NCBI GenBank assembly: GCA_043228905.1
Contig: JBHGNT010000012.1
Coordinates: 1,364,001-1,428,000, forward strand
DNA from: Azolla caroliniana
Lineage: Eukaryota > Plantae > Polypodiophyta
Direction of reading: 5' to 3'
Length of the DNA stretch: 64,000 nucleotides
How positions within the stretch are numbered: the first letter of the stretch is position 1; every line of letters starts with the position of its first letter. Both the position numbers and the translations under genes were made by a program. A model generated the notes under the pieces. The model was not told the origin of the DNA and did not search any database. It saw only the letters and a list, made by a program, of their open reading frames with translations. Below are positions 34,217 through 49,200 of this stretch, one piece after another.

Positions 34217-37200
34217 TGTTGTGAATCAGCGCTTGGATTCACCTTCACCGCTCGGCCACAACCGAGTAATCGCGGATCAATGCAGCAGAAAATAGGAAAT
34301 ACAGAGAAAGACGCGATACACAGGGATTAACGTGGAAAACCCTATACGGGAAAAACCACGGGAGTGCGAGACTCCAAACCAAACTATGCACAGAGAAATA
34401 TACAATGGTGAGCTGCAAGGCAACGACCTTGAGCTCGCTGTCCTCGCCACAGGCGGCGGAAATACACAGAGGCGTCTACCTCTTCGTCGCTCTCTCGCCC
34501 TATCTCTCTCTCTCTCTCGGCTGCTCCCCCTTCACTCCTCTTGAGTGAAAAAAACAGAAAAATGATCAGCCACTACAAAACTATTTGCCCTAAGTCATAT
34601 TTATACATATATGACTTTCGGGCTATTTACAAATATAGCCTCAAGGGCCCTTGGCAAACATATTCACAAATATGTCCCCGCATCCGGATCTCTCTCCGGG
34701 TACATTCGTCATCCGGCTCCGTAGTCGGGGTCTTCAGCATCCGGTTCCGTAACCGGGGTCTTCATCATCCGGTTCCGTAACCGGGGTCTTCAGCATCCGG
34801 TTCCGTAACCGGGGTCTTCAGCATCCGGTTCCGTAACCGGGGTCTACATCATCCGGTTCCATAACCGGGGTCTTCATCATCCGGCTCCGTAGCCGGGGTA
34901 TTCATCATCCGATTCCCGGATATCCGACCATCCCATCCGGAGGGACCGTAATCCCAACAAACTCCCCCTTCACTTCGGCATGGGATGTCTTTCCAGTCCG
35001 ATCCTTCTTCGGCATGCTTCCAGCTTGTCGGGTGTGAGCACTTTGGTCAGCATATCCGACCCGTTCTCGTCCGTGTGGACCTTCGTCAGCACGAACTCCT
35101 TGTCTTCTATCCTTTCCCGGATCCAGTGATATCTTCGCTGGATGTGCTTCGTCCGGGAGTGATAGGCCGCGTTCTTTGCAAGGTGGATGGCACTCTGACT
35201 ATCGCAGTAGAGTCTGTACTCCTCCTGCCGGATACCGAGCTCTCTAACGAAGTCCTTCATCCATATCATTTCCTTGCCGGCTTCAACAGCCGCCATGTAC
35301 TCCGCCTCCGTGGTTGACAACGCAACCGTCTTCTGCAGCCTCGACTGCCATGAAACAGCTCCCCCTGCATACGTCATCACATACCCTGATGTGGACCGGC
35401 TGGTATCTGCATCAGCCGACATATCAGAATCAGTAAAGCCGTCGAGTTCGGGCTTACCGGAGCCGAATCGGAGGCACACGTTTGCCGTGCCCTTCAGGTA
35501 TCAGAGTATCCACTTGACCGCGTTCCAGTGTTCTTTGCCGGGATTGCTCATGTACCGGCTCACCACTCCAACTGCATATCCTATGTCCGGTCTTGTACAC
35601 ACCATAGCGTACATTAAGCTTCCGACGGCAGAGGCATATGGTACTTTCATCATGTCCTCCTTCTCAGCCTTTGTCTTGGGGCTTTGCTTGCTGGACAACT
35701 TGCAGTTTCCCGGGAGGGTTGACCCGACCGGTCTTGCTTCCGACATGTTGAACCGGTGAAGCACCTTTGTCACGTACTTCTCCTGTGACAACCACAACTG
35801 CTTCTTCTTCCGGTCCCGGATGATGTGCATCCCCAGTATTTGCCTCGCCGGACCCAGGTCCTTCATTGAGAAGGTTCGGTGAAGCGCCCTCTTCAGCATC
35901 CGTATCTTGACCTGGTCCCGTCCGACGATCAACATGTCGTCCACGTACAGGAGGAGTATTAGAGAGTCTCCTCCTTCGAACTTCTTCACAAACACGCAGT
36001 GGTCGGACTGCGTTTTGAGGTACCCTTCGTCGGTCATGAAGGAGTCGAACTTCCGGTACCATTGCCGGGGAGCCTGCTTCAGTCCGTAAAGGCTCTTCTT
36101 CAACCGGCATACCAGGTGCTCCTTCCCTTTCTTCTCGAATCCTTCCGGTTGCTGCATGTAGATCTCTTCATCGAGGTCACCGTGAAGGAATGCCGTCTTC
36201 ACGTCCATCTGTTCTACCTCGAGGTCCATGCTTGCCGCTATGCTCAGCACCGTCCGGATGGAGGTCATCTTCACTACCGGGGCAAATATCTCGTCGAAGT
36301 CGACGCCCTTCTTCTGCTGAAACCCCTTCACCACGATCCTGGCTTTGTATCTCGGGGGGTTTCCGGCATCTCCCGGTTTCAGCTTGAACACCCACTTGTT
36401 TCGAAGTGCTCGCTTTCCTTTCGGCAACTCCACAAGTTCATATGTGTGGTTCTCATGCAGGGAATCCATCTCGTCCTGCATGGCACTCAACCACCTGCGA
36501 CTCTGGGTGTCATGCCTTGCTTCTTCAAAGCTCTCCGGCTCCCCCTCGTCGGTTAGCAACACGTGCTCTGGTTCCGGAAATCTCCGGGGGGCCCTTCTCT
36601 CTCTTAGAGGGTATCTCCGTTCCGGAGCTTCGGTAACCGGTTCTTCCGATTCTTCTTCATCCGAATCCATTTCGGGATCGGGGCCGGTTCCGGTATCATT
36701 TTCATCTTCTTCGGCCGGTTCTGTTTCTTCACCGTCTTCGGCCGGATCCTCGAGTGCTAACCGGTCCCTTGCCGGTCGGGACTGCTCCTCGTAGAGTTGA
36801 TCCTCACCGGTCGCCTTGGAGCTCTTCATCTTCTTCTCCGACTCCCAGTCGTCGAGTGTCTTGTCCTCCATGAAGATGATATCTCGACTCCTGAATATCT
36901 TCTTGTCGACCGGGTCCCATACTCGGTAGCCGAACTCATCGTCGCCGTAACCGAGGAATATGCATGGCCGGGTCTTTGGATCCAACTTTCCTCTCCGGTC
37001 CTTTGCCACATGCACGTATGCGAGACACCCGAACACCTTCAGATGCCGGTAGGACACTTCCTTACCGGTCCACACTTTCTGCGGCGTGTCTCCGTCCAAA
37101 GGTACTGAGGGTGATCTGTTTATCACGTATGTCGCCGTCGACATTGCCTCAGCCCAAAAACCCTTGGGTAATTTCGCATGTGCTAGCATACTCCGGACCC

Positions 37201-39817
37201 TCTCCATTATGGTCCGGTTCATCCTCTCGGCCAGCCCGTTCAGTTCCGGCGTCTTCGGCACAGTAAACTCGAGTCGGATACCCTTCGTGCGACAGTACTC
37301 CTGGAACTGCCCCCGGTATTCCCCTCCGTTATCCGCTCGTATCGCTTTCAGCTTCTTGCCGGATTCTCTTTCCACTCTCGCGTGGAGTTCTTTGAAGACG
37401 GACAACACTTGGTCCTTTGTCTTCAACGGCGCTGTCCACAGCTTCCGGCTGTGATCATCAATGAAAGTCACGAAGTACTGGGCTCCGCCATGTGACTTCG
37501 TTTCTACCTGACACACATCAGTGTGCACCAACTCCAATGGTGCGCTACGTCTCGTCGGTGGCCTTGAGTGGAAGGAGGTTCGGTTCTGCTTACCGGCCAG
37601 GCAATCGGTGCACTTCTCCAGATGCACATGCTTCACTGGAATGAGGTTGTCTTCTGCAAGCCTCTTCATCCCCTTCTCACTCATGTGGCACAGTCTCTTG
37701 TGCCACAGCTCACCGGCAGTGTCGGCTGCCACGTTCAGCTCTTCCGGACATAACCGGGCATTCATCAGGTACAGTGTGTTGACTTTCCGGGCCCGAGCCA
37801 CTATCAAGCTCCCCTTGCTGAACTTTATGACACCGTTCCGGATGCTACCCGTGTAGCCTTCATCATCTAGCCTCCCGGCAGAGATCAGGTTCAATCGGAC
37901 CTCCGGAACGTGTCGCACATCCTTCAGCAGCATCTTGCATCCGGTTGATGTCATCAGCCACACGTCTCCTATGCCGGCAATCCGGCACGTTCCTTCATTT
38001 CCCATCCGGACACAGCCGTGCTCACCGGCTGTGTAGGATGAGAAGTATTTCTTCTCCGGGGTCAGGTGGAACGACGCTCCGGAATCGACCACCCAGGTCA
38101 TCTCTACACCGGCAAGGTTCAGCTCCCTCTCTTCGGTAATGAGCATTATCTCTTCTTCACTTGCCGCGAGTGCCGTCGTTCCTTTCCGGTCCTGCCCTCG
38201 CCGATCCGGACCTCTCCGGTCCGTGGCTCCCCGGTATGCACCGTTTCTCTCCGGTGACTTCTTCGAATCGGTGTCGTCGGCTCCGTTGTCTTTTCGGTAA
38301 TGCCGACAATTCTTCCGGAAGTGCCCCGGCTTCCCACAGTGGAAGCATGTGGGTCTTCCTCTTGACTGCGACCGGGTCCCCGACTTCTCCCGTCTTTGCG
38401 GACTCCGGTTCCATTGTCTTCCCCGATCCGATTCGGTAAACAGCATCTTCGGGTCGGAGGCCGGTTCCTTATCTCTCCGACGCGCTTCTTCGTTCAAAAT
38501 ACTTGTCTTTACCGTTTGTAGAGACAAGTTATCTTCGGTACAGGAGGTGCTGAGAGTCACCACCAAGTTCTCCCAGCTATCCGGCAATGTACACATCAGG
38601 ATGATGGCTTGCATTGCATCCTCCAACGGGAACTTGATCGCCGCAAGCTGATTCACGAATCCCATGAACGTGCTTACGTGTTCCACCATACTCTCGCCGT
38701 CCCGGTACTTGAGATTCACTATCTTCCTCATCAGGGAGGTCCGGTTCAACGCATTCTTCCTCTCGTAGAGGCCCGACAGCTTCTTCCACATCTCATATGC
38801 GTTGGTGTCGTTTGCCACATGTTGTAGGACGCTCACGTCGACGTATTGTCGGATCGTCGCTACGGCTTTCCAGTTCAGGAGCTTCCACTCCGACTCAAGT
38901 ACCCCTTTCGGTATTTCCGACCTGTCAATCGGTTCGTACAGGTCCCGAACAATCAGAAGGTCCTCCATCTTGATCTTCCAGTCGGCGTAATTCTGTGCAT
39001 TCAGCACCATCATCATCGGCTGCCCGCTGCCGCCGCCTTCCATTTTCTGCAACAGTCGCTCTGATACCAGTTTGTTGTGAATCAGCGCTTGGATTCACCT
39101 TCACCGCTCGGCCACAACCGAGTAATCGCGGATCAATGCAGCAGAAAATAGGAAATACAGAGAAAGACGCGATACACAGGGATTAACGTGGAAAACCCTA
39201 TACGGGAAAAACCACGGGAGTGCGAGACTCCAAACCAAACTATGCACAGAGAAATATACAATGGCGAGCTGCAAGGCAACGACCTTGAGCTCGCTGTCCT
39301 CGCCACAGGCGGCGGAAATACACAGAGGCGTCTACCTCTTCGTCGCTCTCTCGCCCTATCTCTCTCTCTCTCTCTCGGCTGCTCCCCCTTCACTCCTCTT
39401 GAGTGAAAAAAACAGAAAAATGATCAGCCACTACAAAACTATTTGCCCTAAGTCATATTTATACATATATGACTTTCGGGCTATTTACAAATATAGCCTC
39501 AAGGGCCCTTGGCAAACATATTCACAAATATGTCCCCGCATCCGGATCTCTCTCCGGGTACATTCGTCATCCGGCTCCGTAGTCGGGGTCTTCAGCATCC
39601 GGTTTCGTAACCGGGGTCTTCATCATCCGGTTCCGTAACCGGGGTCTTCAGCATCCGGTTCCGTAACCGGGGTCTTCAGCATCCGGTTCCGTAACCGGGG
39701 TCTACATCATCCGGTTCCATAACCGGGGTCTTCATCATCCGGCTCCGTAGCCGGGGTATTCATCATCCGATTCCCGGATATCCGACCATCCCATCCGGAG
39801 GGACCGTAATCCCAACA
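34217..39817 (-). mobile_element. Very young full-length Ty1/Copia; LTRs 34217-34959 and 39073-39817
   Basis: TSD ATATT, PBS TGGTATCAGAGC (39058-39069), PPT at 34960-34970. The LTRs differ by only about 2 substitutions and one CT indel by eye. Confidence 0.98.
34970..39052 (-). CDS. Copia gag-pol polyprotein, intact except one in-frame TGA at 35501-35503
   Basis: 1183-aa ORF (CFHCGKPGH, WVVDSGAS, integrase, YVDD) continues in the same frame into the RNase H ORF 34970-35479. Confidence 0.95.
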
Positions 39818-41084
39818 ATATTGGCATTGCCTAGATTAGTTTTCCCGATTCCATAGTTGGTGGTCGAGGACCCATGGAAAGATTGGTCATTTGGTATTGG
39901 GAAATCGATTTTTGTGGTGCACACTAATTATGTGTACCATAAGTTGGTTGAAGATAGAGCTTGGTTAGCAAATAAGGTTTTGGATACATGGTACATTACT
40001 CGACATGTAAAGTGGTGGCATAGAGTTTTAGATGCAGGGTGGCAGTCTCATCTTCCATTTCGTGCAAAGGTGTTTCTTTGGCGTACCATAGTTGGTGGGT
40101 TACTTCTCGTGATGGCCTTAAAACAAAGACATATTTCGGATGGGACATGTTTTTATTGTACGATGGTGGAAGAAAATGCCAGACATAGGTTCATTACATG
40201 TCCGGTTGCTAAAGTCATTTGGGTGATTATATCACAAATTTGGGCATCGATAACACGAAATATTTTGTCACCTTATAAGTGGATTTTTATTGATGAGGAT
40301 AAAGCTATGCCCACACCATCATATAAGGTTGTTTTTTACTACCTTAGATATTGGGGGATGTGGTTTAATTAGACCATGAGAAATGGGTTCTTGTTTGATG
40401 GACTTCATGGGATGACACAACAACTCCGTAGGATGAAAGAGAAGTTGATTTGGCAATTTTCACAACTATGTAGTATGGGGACGTTGTCCCAAGAGGAGAT
40501 AGACTTATGTCATCTAATTTTACAACACTTGAGAGGGTTTCCCTTGCACTATCACTAGTTATGAAGTAGTGAAGATAGCAAGGGTTGTATTATCATCTTG
40601 GTTTAATAGCAAACATTGATTTACGGAAAAAAAAAGATAGAGATAGAAAGAAATATATATTAATGTCTTCTATTGGCCCATGAGATAATTGGATTACCCG
40701 ATCATCGAAAATAAAAATAAAATAAAATAGAACTTAAGCTAAAAGAGTTCTAGTATTGTACAAAGCATGTTATGGTGTAACATATTCAAATGGCTTTGTA
40801 CTAAGCCTCGTTCCATTTCCATCCAAGTCTCTCGAAAAGAAGCATGAGGTCAAAGGGTTTCGATGTGGGTGTGGCGCATGGCATCACAACCATAGCTTCT
40901 AGCCAGTGTAACTCATGTTCCCTTATCTTCTAAATTGCTTCTACACCACGTCGAGTTGCTTTGAAGCTCAGCATTCGAGGGCATTTGGTTGTTCTTTAGT
41001 TTTCTACTTAAGCAAGGGAGAGGCCAAGTGGTGCAGGTGTCTCCACATTCATCGTCTCCCCTTGTCCTTTAAAATTTTCATTGG

Positions 41085-41412
41085 TTACACGTTGGTGAAT
41101 ATTAGAAACTTGGTTATTGTTAACATTTTGTAGCTTATGACAGGAACACACGCTCCTGATGAACAACGCTCGGCCACAACCAAGCCTAGGATAAAACACA
41201 GAAAAAACGGGTAATGAACGCACGACACAATGGAGAGAAGAGTACACAGGATGTTTACGTGGAAAACCCAAACACGGGAAAAACCACGGCAGTCCACTGA
41301 CTGCTAACTATCACTATGTAATAAATGTACAATGGATGAACACAGAGGCAATGACCTCTTGTTCACTGTCTTCGCCCCAGGCGGCGGTTACAACAGAGAT
41401 ACGAACTCTTCG

Positions 41413-41463
<51 letters not shown>

Positions 41464-44400
41464 ACACAGTTGCGCTCTAATCTTGCGCCAACAAGAATGA
41501 CAACAACCTATCTACTAAGTTTGCCCTAAGTCATATTTATACTAATATGAATTTTCGGCTATTTACAAATATAGCCCCGATGGACGCTCAGAAACATATT
41601 TACGAATATGTCCCTTCATCCGGTGAGCACTCCTCACCGGGCCTGCATCATCCGACGCTTGCTGAGCACACGTCATCCGGTTCTCACCGGGTCTTCACCA
41701 TCCGGCTCTTGCCGAGTACTCGTCATCCGGTTCTCACCGGGTCTTCCGTAGCCAGGTACTCGTCATCACTGTTCTTTTCACTTCCCATCCGGAGGGACCT
41801 GTTTCCTAACAAACTCCCCCTTCACTCCGGCATGGGATGTCTTACTAGTTTGATCCGCTTCCGACATGCATCCAGCTTGTCAGGTATCAGTACTTTGGTC
41901 AGCATATCTGACCCGTTCTTGACCGTGTGGATCTTCATCAGCGCGAACTCTCAATCTTCTACTCGCTCCCGGATCCAGTGATACCTATGCTGGATGTGTT
42001 TTGTCCTGGAGTGGTATGCTGCGTTCTTAGCAAGGTGGATGGCACTCTGACTGTCGCAATAGAGCCGGTATTCATCTTGTCGGATACCGAGCTCTCCGAT
42101 GAAGTCCTTCATCCATAGTATTTCCTTACCGGCTTCCACAGCCGCCATGTACTCCGCTTCCGTGGTTGACAACGCAACTGTCTTCTTCAGCCTCTACTGC
42201 CACGAAACAGCTCCCCCTGCATATGTCATTACATACCCGGATGTAGACCGGCTGGTATCCACATCAGCCGACATGTCCGAATCGGTAAAACCGTCAAGTT
42301 GAGGTTTACCGGAGCCGAATCGGAGACACATATTCGAAGTTCCCTTCAAGTACCGGAGTATCCATTTGTCCGCGATCCAGTGCTCCTTGCCGAGATTGCT
42401 CATGAACCGGCTCACCACTCCAACTGCGTATCCAATATCAGGTCGAGTACACACCATTGCGTACATTAAGCTCCCGACAGCAGAGGCATATGGAACCTTC
42501 ATCATATCCGCCTTCTCTACTTTCGTCTTCGGGCTTTGCTTACCGGATAACCTGCAGTTTGCCGGAAGTGTCAATCCGACTGGTTTCGCATCTGACATGT
42601 TGAACCGCTTAAGCACCTTTGTCACGTACTTCTCCTGTGACAGCCACAATTGCTTCGTTGACCGGTCCCGGATAATATGCATCCCCAGCATCTGTCTTGC
42701 CGGACCCAAGTCTTTCATTGAGAATGTCTGGTTGAGAGCCTTCTTCAACATCCGTATTTTGGCTTGGTCCCGTCCGACGATCAACATGTCGTCCACGTAC
42801 AGAAGGAGTATCAGGAAGTCGCCTCCTTCGAACTTCTTCACAAACATGCAATGATCAGCCTGCGTCTTGTGGTACCCTTAATCGGTCATGAAGGAGTCGA
42901 ACTTCCAGTACCATTGTTGGGGAGCCTGCTTCAGTCCGTACAGGCTCTTCTTCAACCGACATACCAAGTGCTCCTTCCCTTTCTCCACGAATCCTTCCGG
43001 TTGTTGCATGTAGATCTCCTCTTCGAGGTCACCATGAAGGAATGTTGTCTTCACGTCTAGCTACTCTACCTCGAGGTCCATGCTTGCCACTATACTCAGC
43101 ACCGTCCGGATGGAGGTCATCTTTACTACCGGGGCAAATATCTCATCGAAGTCCACGCCCATCTTCTGCTGGAACCCCTTCACCACAATCCTGGCTTTGT
43201 ATCTCGGGGGTTGTCGGCATCTCCCGGTTTCAACTTGTACACCCACTTGTTTCGGAGTGCCCGCTTTCCTTTCGGCAACTCCACCAATTCATACTTATGG
43301 TTCTCATGCAGGGAATCCATCTCATCCTGCATGGCACTTAACCATTTGCGGCTGTGGGTGTCATCCTTCGCTTCTTCGAAGCTTTCCAGCTCTCCCTCAT
43401 CGGTCGGCAGCACATGCTCTGCATCCGGAAATCTTCGGGGGGCCTTCTCTCTCTGAGAGGATATCTCCGTCTTTGTTCTTCATCCGAATCCGATTCGGGG
43501 TCTTGACCGGTTCCGGTTTCAGCTTCCTCTACTTCTTCTTCTGTCGGTTCGGTATCCTCACCGTAACCGGTGGGTTCATCGAGTGCTAACCGGTCTCTTG
43601 TCGATTGGGTCAGCACATCGTAGAATCGATCCTTACCGGTCGACTCGGAGTTCATTACCTTCTTCTCCGACTCCCAATCGGCAAGCGTCTTGTCCTCCAT
43701 GAAGATAATATCTCGACTCTGGAATACCTTCTTGTCGAACGGGTCCCACACTCGGTAGCCGAACTCATCGTCGCCATAACCGAGGAATATCCATGGTCGG
43801 GTCTTTGGATCTAACTTTCCTCTCCGGTCCTTAGCAACATGCACGTACACGAGACACCCAAACACCTTCTGATGCCGGTAGGACACTTCCTTACCAGTCC
43901 ACACCTTCTGCGGCGTGTCTCCATCCAAGGGCACTGAGGGTGATCTGTTTATCACATACGTCGTTGTCGACAGCGCCTCAACCCAAAACCTCTTGGGTAA
44001 TTTTGCATGCGCTAGCATACTCCGGACCCTCTCCATTATGGTCCAGTTCATCCTCTCGGCCAGCCCATTTAGTTCTTGCGTCTTCGACACGGTAAATTCG
44101 AGCTGGATTCCCTTCGAGCGGCAATACTCCTCGAACTGCCCCCGGTATTCTCCTCCGTTATCTGCTCGAACTGCCTTCAGCTTCCGGCCGGTTTCTCTTT
44201 CCACTCTCGCGTGGAGCTCTTTGAAGACGGATAGCACTTGATCCTTCGTCTTCAACGGTGTGGCCCACAGCTTCCGGCTGTGGTCATCTATGAACGTCAC
44301 GAAATATTGCAATCTTGCATGTGACTTCGTGTCCACTTGACACACATCAATATGCACCAACTCCAATGGTGCATTACGTCTCATCGGTGGCCTTGGTCGG

Positions 44401-46143
44401 AAGGAGGTCCGGTTTTGCTTACCGGCCAGACAATCAGTGCACTTCTCCAAGTGCACGTTCTTCACTGGAATGAGGTTGTCGTCTGCAAGCCTCTTCATCC
44501 CCTTCTCGCTCATGTGACACAACCTTTTGTGCCACAGCTCACTGGCAGTGTCGGATGCCACGTTCACTTCCTCCGGGCATAACCGGGCATTCATCAAGTA
44601 CAGCGTGTTGACCTTCCGGGCCTAAGCCACAATCAGGCTCCCTTTGTTGAACTTCATAACACTGTTCCGGATGCTACCCGTGTAGCCTTCATCATCTAGC
44701 CGACCGGCTGATATCCAGTTTAGACGAACCTCCGGAACGTGTCGGACATCCTTCAGCAGCAGCTTGCATCCGGTTGGTGTTGTCAACCACACGTCTCCTA
44801 TGCCGACAATTTGGCATGTACCTTCATTCCCCATCCGGACATAGCCGTGATCACCGGATGAGTAGGATGAGAAGCATTTCTGGTCCGGGGTAAGGTGGAA
44901 TGACGCTCCGGAGTCGACCACCCAGGTCATCTCGTCACTGGCAAGGTTTAGCTCACTCTCCTCGGTGATGAGCATCAACTCTTCTTCACTTGCCGCGATT
45001 GTCGTCGTTCCCTTTCGGTCCGTTCCCCTCCAATCTTTACCGGTCCAGTCCGGTGTCCGCTTCAAATTGGTGTCGTCAGTTTCCTTTTCTTTTCGGAAGT
45101 GCCGACAGTTTTTCTGGAAGTGTCCCGGCTTGCCGCAATAGAAGCAAGTAGGCCTCCCCCTTGACTTTGATCGTGTCCCCAACTTCTCCCGGTTCTGGGG
45201 ACTACGGTTCCTTTGTCTTCCGCGTTCCGATTCGGTAAGAAGCGCTTTGGAGTCAGAGCTCGTATCCTTATCTTTCCGACGCGCCTCCTCATCTAACAAG
45301 CTCGACTTCACTCTTGCTAGGGATAACCGTTTCCCTTTCGGCCCGGTGTTGCCCAAAGTGACAACCAACGTCTCCCAGCTATCCAGGAGGGAACCGAGCA
45401 GGAGTAGCGCTAGTACCTCATCGGCGAGAGGTACTTCCAATGATGTTGCCTAGTGTATCAGCCCTTGGAAGGCATTCATATGCTCCGCCATGCTGGAGCC
45501 ATCTTGGTACCGGAGTCTTACTAGCTTCCGGAATACCGAAACCTAGTTAACAGCATTTTTGTTCTGAAACATAATGTCGATCTTCTCCCAGAGCTCATGA
45601 GCCTTGCTCTCTTCATTGAAGTTGTTATATAGGCTCATGTCGATGAAGCACCGTATGTAAGCCGTTGTCTTCATGTGCATCACCTCCCATATCGTGGCGT
45701 CGATTTTGTCCGGTCTCTTGTCCCCGAACTGAACCGGCAACCAAAGATCTTTGACCACGAGCATGTCCCTCATCTTCGACTTCCACACGGAATAGTTGGA
45801 GCCGGTGAGCTTGAACATGCCTCCCAACGAATCGTCCATTTTCTGTGTCGTTTCGCTCTGATACCACTTTGACAGGAACACACGCTCCTGATGAACAACG
45901 CTCGGCCACAACCGAGCCTAGGATAAAACACAAAAAAATGGGTAATGAACGCACGACACAATGGAGAGAAGAGTACACAGGATGTTTACGTGGAAAACCC
46001 AAACGCAGGAAAAACCACGGCAATCCACTGACTGCTAACTATCACTATTTAACAAATGTACAATGGATGAACACAGAGGCAACGACCTCTTGTTCACTGT
46101 CTTCGCCACAGGTGGCGGTTACAACAAAGATACGAACTCTTCG

Positions 46144-46211
<68 letters not shown>

Positions 46212-49200
46212 CATAGTTGCGCTCTAATCTTGCGCCAACAAGAATGACAACAACCTATCTACTAAGTTTGCCCTAAGTCATATTTATACTAATATGACTT
46301 TTCGTCTATTTACAAATATAGCCCCGATGGACTCTCAGAAACATATTTACGAATATGTCCCTTCATCCGGTGAGCACTCCTCACCGGGCCTGCATCATCC
46401 GACACTTGTTGGGCACACGTCATCCGGTTCTCACCGGGTCTTCACCATCCGGCTCTTGCCGGGTACTCGTCATCCGGTTCTCACCAAGTCTTCCGTAGTC
46501 GGGTACTCGTCATCACTGTTCTTTTCACTTCCCATCCGGAGGGACCTGTTTCCTAACAGCTTATTCTCTCAATGTTGTTTTTGCTCTAAGATATATATAC
46601 CAAATTTCTTTGTATCTGGTGTATCTAATAGTTTCAAGGGGGTGGGAGAGGGGTTGAGTATGTCTTGGTATTTTTCCCTTATCTCGATGTAAGTTTGACA
46701 CTTGCATGTAAAGTGATACTCATGCTCTATCTCAATGTGACATGATCTACATATCCTTTCCTCTCTAGGGACTCCATTAGTATGACCATTCTCAATCTCA
46801 AGTTTGTGAGATGATATTCTAAGTTGTCCAATGGCAACCCTTAGTGCATTTGGTAAGAAAGTATCTAGATATTTTGGTCGTGTAATAATACCTAACTTAG
46901 AGAAGTGCATGATCCGTTCCTTATAGTACAACATTCTATATGGGAGTGGCTCTAGTGGGTTGATCCATTTATATCAAGTGTAAATTTGTCATATTTCTTG
47001 GCATATTACTTTATTACGGTCCTCATGAGTGATTAAAGTGTTACCAGTCTCGTGGTTGTACCTAAGGGGAGTTAGGTCATTAATGTCTAGGCCATTTGCA
47101 AGAAGACAACTCACTGTAATGTTATACCAAGAGCTAGTATCTCCGGACTCATATAGTGATTGAGATGCCTCGAAAGCTTGACGAGATATCCTACCTTGTG
47201 GTTGGCTATGTATCCTATGAATAAAAACTACAAGTTGGAAAAGTGCTTCCACTAACATCGGGGGTAAAGTGGACTTTGCTCTAATAATGTCATGTGGTAC
47301 TATTGATTTGATTCGGAGTTGACATGATAACATCGTCACCAATGGTCTCTCTAATTGCATCCACATGAAAGATGGTGGCCCTGGAGCCCAAAGCACTTAT
47401 GCATACATGAGGGAAGGGGTCACTAATGAGTCAAAGAGCCACCCCCTAGTCCATGGCTCTTAAAAGAATGCTTGGTGGCATTTTCTCTCTAAAAGTGAGA
47501 GGGATGCATATCCTCTCGTTAGTCTGTCTTTGGTTGCCTGTGTCATCGAAAATTTACCTGAGCGGGCATTGAAAATGACACCAAGGTATACATACGATCC
47601 AACTATCTCAACTGGTCTATGAGAGAGGGTTAGGTGACATTTAGTCCTAACTCGGGGAGATGTGTAAAAGATAAGGACTTTAGTTTTTCCTAGATTCACT
47701 ACCAATCCTCGTTGTGCGCAAAAGTCATGTAAGGCATTAAAGGTGCCTTTGTAGGTCATGTTCAGACTCAAAGAGCAAAACTATGTCGTCTGCATAAAGC
47801 AAGAGACTAACTTAACTACCTCCAAGGACTACTCCATCGCCCCCTTTGCGAGCAATAAAATCTGTTATCTCATCAATGTAGATCCCAAAAAGAGTCAGTG
47901 ATAGGGGGCAACCTTGTTTCACACCAATGGTGTTAGTGAACCAATCACATAAGCCACTTGGGCCTCGTACACACCCGGAGAGTAGATCATATAAAGCATA
48001 AATGGCCCAAATCATGTCATCTAGTATCTCTACGCATTTACGCCTATCAAACAACCGCTCTCTATGGACTATGTCAAAGGCTTTGTGGAAGTCCACAAAA
48101 CAACAATATAATTTCTTCTTATGGGCCTTCGTGTGGTCAATTAAACATCCAAGTGTGAAGATATGATCAATAGTAGAGAAAACTCATCTAAGCCAACCTG
48201 TTCGGGTGCTCGAAGACTTAAGGTCTCTATATAATCATGGAGCTCTACTTCCATTACTGCATCGCATAATTTAGCAAGTGTCTGACCTATCATAATGGTT
48301 CTATATATGTATTTGGGTCCATGGGGTCCCCTCCTTAATGTATAGGGTCATTGAGTTCATGGTCCACTATGGTGGAAAACCCTCAGCGAGGGCACAATTA
48401 AAGATTAGAGTGAGAAAAGGAGTTAGGCACTCTCGAGCATATATGATGTGTTCAGCTTGCAATCATGTGTGGTCCATGGACTTCCTATGTTGTAATTTCT
48501 TTATGACCTTGGTGGCTCTAGAGGTCATGAAAAGCGTCCCCATGGTAGGTCGAGGTGTAGAAGGCATGAGATTAGGTGGTTGGTTCTAGACTTGGTAAAG
48601 TCTCTCTATATATGTGTGCCAAGTGATGGGATCCTCGATGGGTGGTTGTGATCGTGGTTCTTGTAGTCTCTTCCACGCAATGGCGCAATCGTTACTCATG
48701 AGTATATGGTAGAGTTCCCAATATTGAGATGTCTCCCATGCTCGTCTCTTACAACATGTCATCTTGCGCATTTCTTTGCGAGCTTGTACTGAGGTAATAG
48801 TACCACTAAGTCACGATACTTTAAGTTGTCTATATAGGTCTGTACAATCCTCGTCATACCATCTATTATGTGGCATTGCCCCTACTCTACCTTGATTAGA
48901 GTGTTTTGTGTATGGGAAACTGCTAATTGTTGTGGAATGAAGGATGTGCGTGAGTTCTGTGGTAAGGTTCTCTAAAGGCAAGGAGGAATCAAGAGAGGAG
49001 AGATGGGCTTGAATATGTCGAGAGTAGATGTCAGAGAGCTCATGTGTGAAATGTATTGTGGTGTGATGGCTTGGTTTTCTAGATTTGACGGCGTTGGAGA
49101 TATTGCATTTTAGCTCAAAGTATAAGAAGTTATGGTCTGCACCAATAGGGCATGGGGCCACCCGGAAAGAGTTAATCATGTCAGTAATTTCAGGCCATCC

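Larger units (their letters stand above)
31670..40560 (+). mobile_element. 5'-truncated L1-like LINE (RT + zf-RVT), interrupted by a solo LTR and a Copia
   Basis: WRPISLM..YKIFAK, RQGCPLS, LADYS (decayed YADD) and HLGYPVG at 32015-33131; KVFLWR..CFYC..EENARHRFITC at 39857-40372. Confidence 0.88.

Noticed and set aside
35501-35503. Programmed stop read-through in Copia pol
   Set aside because: The stop falls at a conserved Arg between RT and RNase H, where the sister element has Arg; a simple CpG transition explains it.
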